Origin: Hyphochytrium catenoides | Lineage: Eukaryota; Protista; Hyphochytriomycota | Assembly: GCA_900088475.1 (NCBI GenBank) | Contig: FLMG01000119.1 | Span: 1 to 37,172, forward strand | DNA: 37,172 nt | Direction: 5' to 3' | Shown here: positions 12,929-24,574 of the stretch, piece by piece | How the letters are laid out: every line of letters begins with the position of its first letter | Numbering within the stretch: position 1 is the stretch's first letter | Program-made: the position numbers and the translations under genes | The notes under the pieces: generated by a model | What the model saw: the letters and a program-made list of their open reading frames with translations, nothing else | What the model was told of the DNA's origin: nothing | Database searches by the model: none

Positions 12929-13553
12929 CTTCTTTACTCAATAGGGAGAGAGAGACACGCTCACAAAGAGAGAGAGAGAGAGAGAAAGATGAGAGAGAGA
13001 GAGAGAAAACAGCTCCTCGATAGAAAGATACCACACGTAAGAGAGGAGGCGTAAGGAAAGAGAAGCTCGAGGACCTCGGGAGAAGAAGATTGTACAGAGA
13101 GCTCTTCAGATAGCTGTTGATCCCAGACGTGCAGTCTCTCTTCTGACCAAGTTCTCTCTCTTCGTCTTCGTCTCTCTCTTTTGCCCTGCTGACAGGGCTT
13201 CTCCCATCTCCGTCTCGCAACCCACTCTCTCTCTCCCTCTTTTCCGCGTCTGCAATCGGTCTTTTCTCTCTCCATCCGCGAAGCGACAGCATCAGCCGCT
13301 GGAAATATAGATCGGAAGCCCTTCAGAGGAACCGTTACGCTCTCAATCACTTTTCCAGTTGCTTTCAGTCTTCTCTCTCTCTCTCTCTTTCTCCCTCTCT
13401 CTTTCTCTCTCTTTCTCTCTCTTTCTCTGTCTTTCACTCTCTCTTTCTCTCTCTCTCCTCCTCGTTCTCTCTCTCTCTCAGTGTCTCACTCTCTCTGTCT
13501 CTCTCTCTTTCTTCTCTCTTTCTCTCTCTGCCTCTCTGTCTCTCTCTCTCTTT

Positions 13554-13588
<35 letters not shown>

Positions 13589-13891
13589 TTCTCTCTCTCC
13601 CCCTCTCTCACTCTGGATGTCTCTCTCTTCTCTCTCTGTCTCTTCCTCCTTCCTCTTTCCTTCCTTTCCTCTCTACAACACGAACCCAACAACTGTACCA
13701 CTAAACTCGGGTTCAAACTGTACTTTCGTTCACTCTCCGGAATGCCTCTCTTGAGAACCCGTAAACACTACCACAACGCACACGAACAAAATCGTCAAAT
13801 CTCCCCTGCTGTCACAACTTTCGTGAGTTTGACCGTTTTGAGACACGAAAATTGTTGTAGTTTCGTATACGAGTCCTCTTCCCAAAGCAGC

Positions 13892-13897
13892 AAAAAA
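13892..13897 (-). terminator. RNA polymerase III terminator (T6) of the tRNA-Arg gene
   Basis: aaaaaa on + (TTTTTT on -), 3 nt downstream of the tRNA 3' end. Confidence 0.8.
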
Positions 13898-13900
13898 GGT

Positions 13901-13973
13901 CGAGCTACCTGGGACTCGAACCCAGAACCTCCTGATCCGAAGTCAGACGCGCTATCCATTGCGCCAGCAGCCC
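13901..13973 (-). tRNA. trnR-UCG: tRNA-Arg (anticodon UCG), intronless
   Basis: Reverse complement GGGCTGCTGGCGCAATGGATAGCGCGTCTGACTTCGGATCAGGAGGTTCTGGGTTCGAGTCCCAGGTAGCTCG: acceptor stem GGGCUGC/GUAGCUC, D-arm with A box, anticodon arm UCUGA-CU(UCG)GA-UCAGG, T-arm CUGGG-UUCGAGU-CCCAG; CCA not encoded. Confidence 0.96.
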
Positions 13974-14134
13974 AACTACGCTGAAGGAAGAGCACAATTC
14001 AGAGATTATAAAGGCAGATCACCCTCTGATTTTGAGTGGGAGAGAGAGAGAGAGAAAGCAAGAGAGAGTGAGTTGTAAGAGAGAGAGTAAGTGGGAGAGA
14101 GAGTGAGTGGGAGAGAGGGGAAGAGAGAGAGAGG

Positions 14135-14168
<34 letters not shown>

Positions 14169-14774
14169 NNNNNNNNNNNNNNNNNNNNNNNNNNNNNNNN
14201 NNNNNNNNNNGACGACAAAAGACACCATAGAGCGCCAGGATTTCAAGCCAGTGTCTCTCTCTCCTCTTTTTCTCTCTCTCTCTTTCTCTCGCTCTCTCTT
14301 TCTCTCGCTCTTCTCTTTCTCTCGCTCTCTCTCTCTCTGTAAGTAGGTTCTCCTGATCTGTAAGCCTCCCGCAGCCGCCAACAGGACCCCACCGGCAGTC
14401 AGCAGAAAACTTGAGCAATGAGAAAGTAGAGAGATGGAGCTCTCTAGATGAAGAGAGAAGAGAGCTGAGAGAGAGAAAGAGTAACAGCCACCATGCATCG
14501 CCCTCTAAGGAGGAGAACAAACGCCAAGTGACCACCCTTCCACTTTCTTTCTCCTCCTCTTCTCTCTCTCTCTCTCTCTCGCGTCGTGTCTCCCTCTCTC
14601 TCTCTTCGTGTCTCTCTCTCTCTGCCGTCCTCATTCTTCTGTTACCTCTCTCTCTCTCTCTCTCTCTCCTGATCCTCTTTTCCCTTGGACACAGCTCCNN
14701 NNNNNNNNNNNNNNNNNNNNNNNNNNNNNNNNNNNNNNNNNNNNNNNNNNNNNNNNNNNNNNNNNNNNNNNNNN

Positions 14775-14838
14775 CCACGAGCAGGACTCTCGCTGTGGGA
14801 TCTGTGGGCACAAAGGGAAAGCGAAAACTCCACCAGCT
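14775..14838 (+). CDS. Exon fragment encoding the second half of a probable RanBP2/NZF-type zinc finger; probably an upstream exon of the GNAT gene
   Basis: Directly after the N gap: (..c) CAC GAG CAG GAC TCT CGC TGT GGG ATC TGT GGG = x-HEQDSR-C-GI-C-G-HKGKAKTPPA, then donor gtacgt. Fits N-x6-C-x2-C of the consensus W-x-C-x2-C-x3-N-x6-C-x2-C. An acceptor lies at 14692-14694; the first half of the finger would be in the gap 14699-14774. Confidence 0.5.
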
Positions 14839-15433
14839 GTACGTGACACTCCTTTCTCTCCCCTCTCCCCCGCTCTTCATCTTAGGTATCTTAGTTGTCT
14901 TCTCTCTCTCTCTCTCCTCTTTCTCTCTCTCCTCAAAGAGGTGTTAACCTCCCTTCTCTCTTTTTCTCTGCCTTCCTCTCTCGCCTTCTCTCTTCTTTCC
15001 TCGTGCTCCTCATCTCTCTTTGTCGCACTCTCTCGCTTCCTCCCCATTTTCTTCTCTCCGTCATTCTTTCTCTCTATTCCTTCTCCATATCTTTCTCTCT
15101 GTCATTCTTTCTCTCTTGTCTCTCTCTTCTCCCCCTCTCTTGCCTGCATCTCCTTCCTTTACCTCTCTCTCTCTTCTTTTTCTCCTTCTCTCTCTTTCTT
15201 TCTCTCTCTCTCTTTCTCTCGCATTTTCTTTCTCTCCAACCATCTGGCCCAGAGCAGTGGTGTCTCTCCTCTCTCCTCCTCAAAGGAAAGCGTGCTAGGG
15301 TCTCCCTGTGGTCCTTCTCTTCTTCTCTCTCTTCCTGAGTCCTCCCTTACGTCCTCACCCTTTCTTTCCTACACTCTCTTACTCTATCACTCTTCCTCCA
15401 TCTCGTCTTCCCTTCCTCTTTCTTCTCTGTCTC

Positions 15434-15470
<37 letters not shown>

Positions 15471-15594
15471 TGTGTGTCTGTGACTCCCTCTCTCTCTCCT
15501 GCTCACTTCTCCTTTTTCTCCTTTGTCCCCCCTTTTTGTCTCTCTTGTCTCTCTGTGTCTCTTTCTCTCTCTCTCTCCCTCTCTCTCTCTCTCC

Positions 15595-15631
<37 letters not shown>

Positions 15632-15642
15632 CCTCTTCCTAG

Positions 15643-17049
15643 GGTCCCACAAACCCCAACCTTCACTTCCACACTTACTTCCATCGCAGCTCTCGGGCCG
15701 CCTACCGCCGGGCCATGGACCTCGCTAAGATTATCAGGAGGAAAGTCTTCGTGGAGGAGCTTGGAGTGCCAGAAGAGAGAGAGTTTGATGAGAGAGACGT
15801 CTCTTCGCGGCATGTCATGGGACAAAGTGAGGCCTTTCTGTCTCTGTTCTCTCTTGTGTCTCTTCTTCTTACCGCCTTTCTGTTTTTGTCGTTTTGTCCC
15901 TCCGGTCAACGGCTTCATGTTCTTCTTTCTTTCTCTCTTTCTTTCTCTCGCTTTCTTCGTCTCTTCCTTCTCTCTCTCAACTTCTCTCGCTTTCCCTTAC
16001 CTCCCTCTCCTCCTCCCTTTGTTTCCTCGCCTCCTTCCTCTCGCTTTCTTCCCTCCTCCCCCCTCACTCGGTCTCCTCTCTCTCCCTCTTTCTCTCTCTC
16101 TCTCTCTCTCTCTTCTTTTTTCTCTCTCTTCTCCCCTCCCCACAAAGAAACACAATCCTTAATCCCCGCTTTCATTGCCCCTCATCCTCTCTGTTCCCTT
16201 CTCTAAATTCTATATATCTCTTCTCCTCTATTCTCTCCCTCTCTCTCTCTCTCTCTCACTTTTTCTCTCTCTTTTCCTCTCTCTCTCTCTCTTCCATAGA
16301 GGGCGACGCGCCTGTCAGCTATCTTCGCTGGTTCTATGACGAGACTCGCGGCGCCTGCATTATCGATCGTGTTTGTATCCTTCCCTACTATAGAGGCAGA
16401 GGATACACCAGAGCAGTCATGGCAGCAGCAGTCGAGGTGCTTTCTCTTTCTCTCTCTCTCTCTTTTTTTCCCTTTCCTTCGCTCTCTCTCTCTCTGTTTT
16501 AGGTGTCTCTCTGTCTGCCGCCGTGTGTCTGTCGTTTTGCCTTCTCTCTCTCTCTACTTCGTCGCGTTCTCCGGTTGTATCCTTGTATACTTCTTCGCTC
16601 ATCTTCTGTGGTCTCTCTCTCTCTTTCTCTTTCTGTCTTTCTCTCTTCTCGCTCGCTCTCCTCTGCTTTCCCTTATTGTGTCTATAGGCTCGTCCTACTC
16701 TTGCTTGCTAACTCTTGCCATCTTTTCTCTCTCTCTCTCTTTCGGTCCGCATGTCCCTCTCTCTCTCTCTTCTTGCCATCTTTTTCTCTCTCTCTCTCTT
16801 TCGGTCCACATGTCTCTCTCTCTCTCTCCTCTTCAGGACATTAGAGTGACTACCCAGCAGCAAGATCTATCTGTCACATGTGTTCTGCTTCTCGTCTCTC
16901 CTCGGGGCGGACAGGCGGGAGAGAAGTTCCAACGAGCGGGCTTTCTCCCTTCAGGAGAGAGACTAATGCTGCAAGGAGAGGAATACTTTGTCTTTGAGCT
17001 CGTGGACAGCTCTCATCTCTCTCCTCTCCCACTTCCCACGAACTCATAG
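15643..17049 (+). CDS. GNAT-family N-acetyltransferase (ElaA/YjcF-like), last three exons; true start probably upstream (~14.2-14.8 kb)
   Basis: Phase-consistent exons 15643-15826, 16300-16436, 16837-17049 (TAG): AKIIRRKVFVEELGVPEEREFDERDVSSRHVMGQKGDAPVSYLRW..IIDRVCILPYYRGRGYTRAVM..KFQRAGFLPSGE. Matches the YjcF/ElaA N-terminus (R..VFV.EQGVP...E.D..D....H), acetyl-CoA motif A (RG.G) and a divergent FY...GF motif. Confidence 0.82.
16713..16828 (+). repeat. Intronic tandem duplication, ~58-bp unit x2
   Basis: tcttgccatc..(ct)n..ttcggtcc(g/a)catgtc at 16713 and 16771. Confidence 0.75.
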
Positions 17050-17254
17050 CACGAGGGAAAGAGACAGCATCGGCTCTATTTATTCTCACACTCATCACCC
17101 TTCCTCTCCTCAACAGTGAAGTTTCTTTCTTTCTTTCTCTCTCTTTCTTGGTTCTTTCCAGGTTTTATTCTATTTTGTGCCTCTCTCTCTCTTACTCTTC
17201 TCTGATCTTCTCCTCTCTCTCTCTCTCTCTCTCTCTGACGTAGCCGTCTCTCCT

Positions 17255-17333
17255 TCATTGCCTATAAATAGAAGGCATGACAGAAGGCAGATTGGGCGTG
17301 ATAAAGAGTCTTTCATTTCCGCCTTGCGAACCT

Positions 17334-17366
<33 letters not shown>

Positions 17367-18079
17367 CTCNNNNNNNNNNNNNNNNNNNNNNNNNNNNNNN
17401 NNNNNNNNNNNNNNNNNNNNNNNNNNNNNNNNNNNNNTCGAAGAGACGGGATCTTCGAGAGCGCCGCTGCCGCTCTGTCTGTCAATCTTGAGCAGGTCCA
17501 CAGCTGTATCATCTCCAGACTCTCCCTTCTCTCTTCTCCTTCTCTCTCTCCTGTTTTCTCCGCTCTGGCTGTCATCGCTCTACTGAGACTCTCAATGCCA
17601 ATGTCTGTGAGCTTCATTGCGAATCTGAGCTCAATCTGCTTCAGAGACGGAAGCTTTGCCAGCTGGGCAATGCCTTCGTCCGTCACTTCCGGGAGAAAGA
17701 TGGCAGTGAAAGAGACTAGATTCTTGAGATTTGAAGAGAGAGAAAAGAGAGAGACGTCCGTCAGTCTTCGACAGTAGACAAGCTTCAGATGCGTCAGACG
17801 AGAGAGACCGTTGCTGATCCAGAAAATGCCTCTGTCTGTCACATCCGGAGCTCCCCAGACGCAGAGGCGCGTCAGATTGGGAAGAAGAATGACTAAAGAG
17901 CTCAGAACATCATCGTCTATCGCTCCTTTCTCAGGGTTCCAACGCAAGTCAAAAGAGGTGATGTTCTCTCTCACGCAGCGGTCCATCGTCCTGCTGCTGG
18001 CTCTTAAAGAGGCTGTGGAGCTCTTGTCCAGACACGGGAGAAAGAGAGAGAGAGTCTGCCAGAGTTCAGTCTCCATCAT
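17255..18079 (-). CDS. F-box/leucine-rich-repeat protein (FBXL/AMN1-type LRRs), apparently intronless; C-terminus crosses an N gap
   Basis: N-terminal F-box-like segment ELWQTLSLFLPCLDKSSTASLRASSRTM followed by ~26-aa repeats: VTDRGIFWISNGLSRLTHLKLVYC, LTDVSLFSLSSNLKNLVSF, VTDEGIAQLAKLPSLKQIELRFA, LTDIGIESL, LEMIQLWTCSRLTDRAAAAL. Stop position uncertain because of the gap at 17370-17437. Confidence 0.8.
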
Positions 18080-19011
18080 ACTTTGGCTGCGCGGTCTTTG
18101 TCTTTCTCTGTTAACGNNNNNNNNNNNNNNNNNNNNNNNNNNNNNNNNNNNNNNNNNNNNNNNNNNNNNNNNNNNNNNNNNNNNTCTCTCTTCTCTCTCT
18201 CTCTCTCTCTCAATGATTAGCTATCCATTCAAAAACAGTTCCTTTGTTGCTCTGTCTTGACGATGAGAGGATGAGAACGAACAGCCTTCAGGAGAAGACA
18301 ACGGGCAAAGCTTCTCCTGTCGATCGAACAAGCGACAGACAGAGCGGTAAACCTCCCTGCTTATGTTTAGACTCTGAGATGCGAGAGAGGTGAAAAAGAC
18401 TGTGAAAGAAGAGGACACGAGACCTGGAAGAGAGTCCTGAAGACGGAGATGCCTATAGAGGAGAGAGAAATAGAAGACTGAGTTTCACGCGGAAGAAGAG
18501 AGAAATCTGAGAGATTGCGCGGGAGGAGAGAAGGAGAGAGAGAGAGAGAGTGGGACAAGAGATAGACAGAGAGAAGCAGAGAGAGAGAAATGACACGGAG
18601 AAAGAGGGTTACGTGTCTGAGTACAAAGAGTTGAAGCAGAAAGAGCACACCACTCCTCGAAGCGCAAGAAGAAAAGTTGGTCTTCGAATCAGGAGGACAA
18701 GAGAGACAAAGAGAGAGAGAAGAGAACAGGGAAAATAGAGAGGGGAGGAAAAGACAGGAAGAGAGGGGAAAATGGAAGTGTCCAAGGGACAGACAGTGAG
18801 AAACGAGACAGAGACAGAGAGAAGGAGACAGAGACAGAGAGAAGGAGACAGAGAAAGAGGCAGAACAAGCGACAGAAGAAGAGAGAGTAGATGGAAAAAA
18901 GAAAAGACGAGAGAGAGAAAAGAGAGAGAAAGAGAAAGAGAGAGAGGGAGAAGGTGTGAGAGAAAGCAAATAGAGAGAGAGAGAGACAGAGGAAGTGGGG
19001 CAGATAGGAGA

Positions 19012-19042
<31 letters not shown>

Positions 19043-19973
19043 CCAAGACAGACAGAGAGAGAGAGAGACAGAGAGAGACAGAGAGAGAGACAAGAGAGAC
19101 AGAGAGAGAGAGAGAGAGAGTGCGCAAAGGATGTTTTGCCCACGAGAGAAGCAGGGAAGGTGCGAATCGTCATCAGAAGGTCAGCTGTCCATCTGATGCA
19201 TTTCCATGGTGACACACCTCTGAGAGGTTTCATAAGGCTTTCCCATATATTTAACGCTAAATGATAGAGGCTCACCACTAAAAGTTATGTCAGGGCAGAT
19301 GACCTTTCAACCTGAAAGCTTCATACTGAAACAACAGATAGATTTCCAGATCTTTTTAGCTGTTCAATGAGGTCTTCTCATCTTTCTTTTCAAAATTGCA
19401 TTGAAGGTTTCTCTCGAATGACGTCTGTCACAAATATAGTACTTATTATCACGAATAGTGTACATATTACCTACCTTTATTAAGTATAAACCCAGAGCAA
19501 GATATATCCGTTACCGTCCCATAATCGGAAGCTTCATCTTCAAGCTTCATCTGAATCTTCATCAGACATCTGACCTGGGCCATGCAGAGATCATTGCGAT
19601 TTTTACCAATGGCGGAGGATCCGGGGTGACCCTTATTGAGCTAGGGATTATCAATGAAGCCTAACTTTGTTGCTGGAGTGATCTTGGAGCTGCTTTGCTT
19701 GTCTGTTACTGAAAGAGAGAGGCGCTTTCCTAGGTGGGATCGTCCTAACGAGGAAAGGATATGTGGGGATCTGAAGAAACATCTAGTGGCAGTCGGGTTA
19801 TTGGCATATGACGCGACCTGTCTAAGCGCTCTAGAATAGCTTTATTGGCTGGAGAGGGAGAAAGAGGAGAGGGAGATATAAATCATCATTCAGAAGAGAG
19901 ACAGAGAGCGAGGGGCCGAGAGATGGAGATAGTATGCCGGGCTTTGTGATGATTTACATTGTAATGTACAGAG

Positions 19974-22900
19974 TTATGGCACACCTTCGAAAGCTAACCT
20001 TCGTGCAACGGAGTCAACTTTGAATAGGTTCTCTCTCTCGGGATTGTTCCCCCTCGCATCTCCCTCTCTGCTTCTTATTTCTCTTTCCCCTTCTCCTGCT
20101 GCCTTTTGGTGTCTCTCTTCATCGCTTTCCTCTTGACAGGTTCTCTCTTTCTTCTCCTGCGTGTGATAGAGCTTGACTCTGTTCATCAATTTGACCAGTT
20201 GCTCTTCTGTCAACACCTGAGGAGACGCAGACGGAAGAGAGGGAGAATGGTTGGCAGGAGAGAGAAAGAGCCTTCGTCCAACCTTTCCTGTCCTCATTAG
20301 CAGGTCATGGGGTTTCTCTTCCTCTCTCCTTTCCTCGATTAGCATTGAAGGGTTCTGGGCATTAGCACTATCTTGCTTCTCCTTGTCAGTCAGAGTAGAG
20401 ACTCTAACTCTTTGCGGAGGACCGAGGAGAGAGATCGTAGGAGAAGGAGAGACCTGCATCCAGATGGAGAGAAGAGAGATCAGGCCGTGAAGAGCAGTAC
20501 CACGCAGAAAAACCAGAGTGAAGAGACCAAAAGAGAGAGAGGGGAAGCTTGGCGATCTCGTCAAAAGAGAAAAGATGGAAAGAGGTCAATCAGGTGGAAG
20601 GAGAGACCGGATAGGGGAAAGTGGCACCATCAAGAGAGAAGTACACAGAATAGAGGACAGATGAAGAGAGAAAGAGACAGAAAGAAGGAGTAGCTTGAGA
20701 GGAACAGGAGAACAGAGGCGCTAATAGAGAGAAACGCACGAAAACGACACAGGCATCGAGGAAGAGAGACAGCTAACTGCTCCTTTCATACCCTGGCACC
20801 TTCTCTCCCACTTTGCGAAGAAGCAGAACTTCCTGCTGCCATAGCTCTGGGAGCACTCTCCTTCGGGAGAGGCGAGAGTGAGGCCAGAGAAGAGAGAGAG
20901 GAGAAAAAACGCTTGTCTTCCGCTATGACTAGGACTTGGTCCAGAGGATTCGGCGCCGATAGCTCCAGAATAAACTCTGCGGGACAATGCGGCAGAGGAG
21001 AGATGGTCAAAATCCGATATCTTGCCATCCCCTCTTCCCTCTGTAAAGATATCTTGTGACTCGAGGAGAGTGCAACTTTCTCAAAGGACGTAGCGCCCCG
21101 ATATCGGAGTTTGAGTGCTTTGACCTCGGGAGATTTGTCAAGCTTGGGATTGACTGTCAAGAGGAAGAGAAGGGAAGACTGTCTCCCTCTCTCTCCCCTG
21201 AAGAGCTGGTGCCGCCCCTTGTTCTCCCATACTTTGCCCGATTGGACCATCGCAGAGGGAAGAGAAAGGGAAGACGAGCGAGAGGAGCGGCGCCAGAGAA
21301 AGAGTGGAGTCACTCGTTTTGGCCTCAGCTCTCTCTCCATTTGCTCAGTCTCTAGCCATTCTAGCCCAAGCTCTTTCAGGGAGAAAGAGTTCGATGACTC
21401 TCTCTCTCTCCCTCTCTTCCTCGTCACCTTCTTCTGGCCTGGGTTAGAGGGATTTTCACAAGTAGGAGAGAGACACTCCCCGGAAGAGACCGCTTGTGGT
21501 GTCGTCAAGAGAGAAGACTTAGCAGAGGAAGAGAGAGAAGAAGAAGGTGGATCTTCATTGTCCGATTCTTCCCTTTTCCGCAATGGAGAACAAATATTCC
21601 TCTGAAATGAAGAAGAGCAGAGAAAGGACTGTGGAGAAGAGGCTGTGGTCTGGTTCAGGGGAGAGAGAGAGAAAGTCCGCTGAGAGGAAAAGGCAGGCTC
21701 CATTTCCGGATCTTCCCCTCCAGAGCTCTCGCTGTACGAAAGGCTCTGTGTCTTTTCCTCATCTGTCTCTTCTTTCTCAACGTTTGACTTCTTTCCTTCG
21801 TCAGACTTTCTCTTCCGCTGGAAAGAGAGACCAAGACTGGTTTCTCTCTCTTCTGGCGACCTTGACAGCACTGGTTGGCTGTGGGGATGACGGTGAAGGT
21901 TCGGCGTGAGGGGGAGAAGAGAGACACAAAGGTCCGGTTTATCTTCTCTTCTCTCTCTTCTCTCCTCCTGTCCCGGCCAGGGGAAGTCGAGCTCTAGAGT
22001 GGAAGAGGAGAGACGTCGCTCTTCACGATTCCTGCTTCTTTGGCTTCTGGCAGGAGGACGAGAAAGAGAAGAAGGTACTTCTTTGACTCCTGAACCATCT
22101 GTCTCTCTTTCCTCTCTTCTTCTCTCTTCTCTTCTCTCCCCGACCCTATTACCTTTGAGAATAGGAGAGAGAGTCTCTGCTGACGGTGTCTCTGGTGGTG
22201 CCCAGGGCATGCGCGGGATGGGCGGAGGAGGGAGAAGGTTAGGGAGAGGAGAGAGAAAGGGATCTGAAGGCCCAAGAGGAGAGGGAGTGGTCGCAGAGAA
22301 GAGAAGAGCGATGTTTCTCGTCGGCATCACTGGCCGGGAGGGCCCTGGAAAAATAAAGAGTAAGTTAAGGGGTCTTTCCAATGTGAAATTTTACCGGAGC
22401 GAGAGAGAAGAAGAGAGAAAGAGAGAGAAGGAAGAGAAAAAGAGAGAGAAGATCAATAGGCGAAGCTTCAGACAGGCATAGCATGGGACAGAGAATGCAA
22501 GGCGGAGAGAAGCTTGAGAATAAAGGACTGATAGAATAAGAGAGAGAGAGAGAGAGAGAGATTCCCGAAGAGAGAAGGGTCTTACCGCTTTTAGGACCTC
22601 TCTCATCCTGCTCTAGCCTTTCTACCTTATCGTTCTCTCTCTCTCCCATGAAGAAGAGAAGGTTGGAACCAGAACAGCTCGAGGAGGAGGAGAAAGACGA
22701 AGAAGCTCTCTCTTCACCAGCCAGGAGTCCTTGTCTTCTCTCGCCTGCAGGTCAACGATATAGAAAGTAGTGACAGAGTTCAAAAGGGATTTAGAAGGAA
22801 CCGCAAAACGGGAATAGAGAAAAGGAGAGAGAGTAAGAGAGAGAGAAAAAGGAGAGGGAGAGTAGAGGGGTAAGGGAAGAGTGCGAGGGAAAGATGGAGG

Positions 22901-24534
22901 GGGAAGAGAAGAAAGAGAGAGAGAAAGAGAGAAGAGAGTCAAGAGAAAGAGGATGGGTAAAGAGAGAGAGGAAGAGAAGAGACAGAGAAAGAGAGAGGAC
23001 CAAAAATGACAAAAGAACCAGATCAAACAGAGTATAGAAGTCCCGAAGTAAAGAAATCGACCACCGAGAACCTATTCAGTTCATTAGCAGAAGTAAGGAA
23101 AGAAAGGTCTCTCTCCCTTCTTCCGTCGCTCTTTTCCTGTTCCTCGCTAAGAGCTCACCATTATTTTCGTCTCTTTCTTGCCCATCCGCCTCTTCTCCTC
23201 TCTCTCTCTCTCTGCTCTTCCCACTTAAGCGCAGGCATCTTCTCCCTGACCTCCCACTGTGACCTGACCGGCCGCGGGAGTCTGAGTTAGGCGGCCATTG
23301 TAGGAGAGTAATAAGTCTCTCCAGATCCTGCCAGCAGAGGAAGCAAGAGAGAGAGAAGGCAGGAAGAGGGAGGATTGAAGAGAGAGACAGAGACAGAGAC
23401 AGAAGGAAAGAACGAAGAGAGAGAGAGAGAAGGAGAACGGAGAAAAGAAGCGGAGTTAGAGAAAGAGAGGCGAAGAGACGACAGAAGTGCGGCATCGGTA
23501 GTCTTCGGGGAAGTCCATACAACGTGAGTTTGCAGAGCGAGGACACTGGAAGAGATAAAGATAGAGAGAGACAGAGAGAGAGAGAGAAAGAGAAGGCCAC
23601 GAGAAATAAGAGAGACACATATTACTTTGGCGAAGAGAGAAAGAGGACGATAGTGCGAAAGAAGGACAAAGAGGGAGGAGACACAACAAAGAGACAAAAG
23701 AGGAGAAGACAAATACTGGGGATAGAGAGAGAGAGAGGCCGAAAAAGAGAGACAGAGAGAGAGAGAGAGAAGAAGAGAGGGCCACGAGAAATAAGAGAGA
23801 CACATATTACTTTGGGGAAGAGAGAAAGAGGACGATAGTGCGAAAGGAGGACAAAGAGGGAGGAAACACAAAATAAAGAGACAAAAGAGAAGACAACAAA
23901 TACTGGGGATAGAGAGAGAGAGGCCGAGAAACAGAAACGGAGAGAAAAGCACCAGACATGACAGCAGAAGGCTTGGCGGCTGGTGTATGAGCTCACCGCT
24001 GGCGGGAGAAGTTCTCCAAACTCTTCAGCGACCAAGTCTCTCGCTCGAGAAAGTGCCCTTCTGGCGAGATGCTCAGCACGATCAGCCCTAAGAGTTGGAG
24101 AGAGCTAAGATGACTTACAGGTGACGACAGAGGGAGAGCCGACGACGCAGGAAGAGAAACTAGCAGGAGAGAGAAAGAGAGAGTAGAATAGGCGCCAAAG
24201 AAGTAAAAAGAGTTAGGAGGGAGAGAGAGAGAGAGACAATGAGAAGAGAGTCATTGCTCCTATTACCTCTCTCCTTCCGACAGGGCCAGTGACTTTGCCA
24301 CGTCTAGCTTCATCTCAACATCATCCACTCGGTCTCTTTCTTCTCTTTCTCTCTCTCTCTCCCGAAGCATGTGACTGATCTCAGCTCGCAGCCTCTCTTC
24401 CTCTGTCTCGTGCTCCACCAGCCTGCGAGCAAGGTCTTCCTCTTTCCTTCTGAACACCTCCTAGAAGGGCAGAACAACCGTTACCTTCTATTGCTGTCTG
24501 TGCCCTGTCTTCCGAACGTAGGACAATCTTTCTG

Positions 24535-24574
<40 letters not shown>

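Noticed and set aside
12960-13440. Minus-strand ORFs upstream of the kinesin ATG
   Set aside because: No recognisable motifs and no convincing splice path into exon 1; may be 5' UTR.
22586-22800. PX-domain-like peptide [20 protein letters not shown] followed by two in-frame TAGs, hinting at stop-codon reassignment
   Set aside because: The RY..F..L core of PX is missing, a different frame gives a clean phase-consistent NEK exon (22744-22586), and over 3000 modelled codons elsewhere contain no internal TAG/TAA/TGA while all three serve as stops. The standard code fits.
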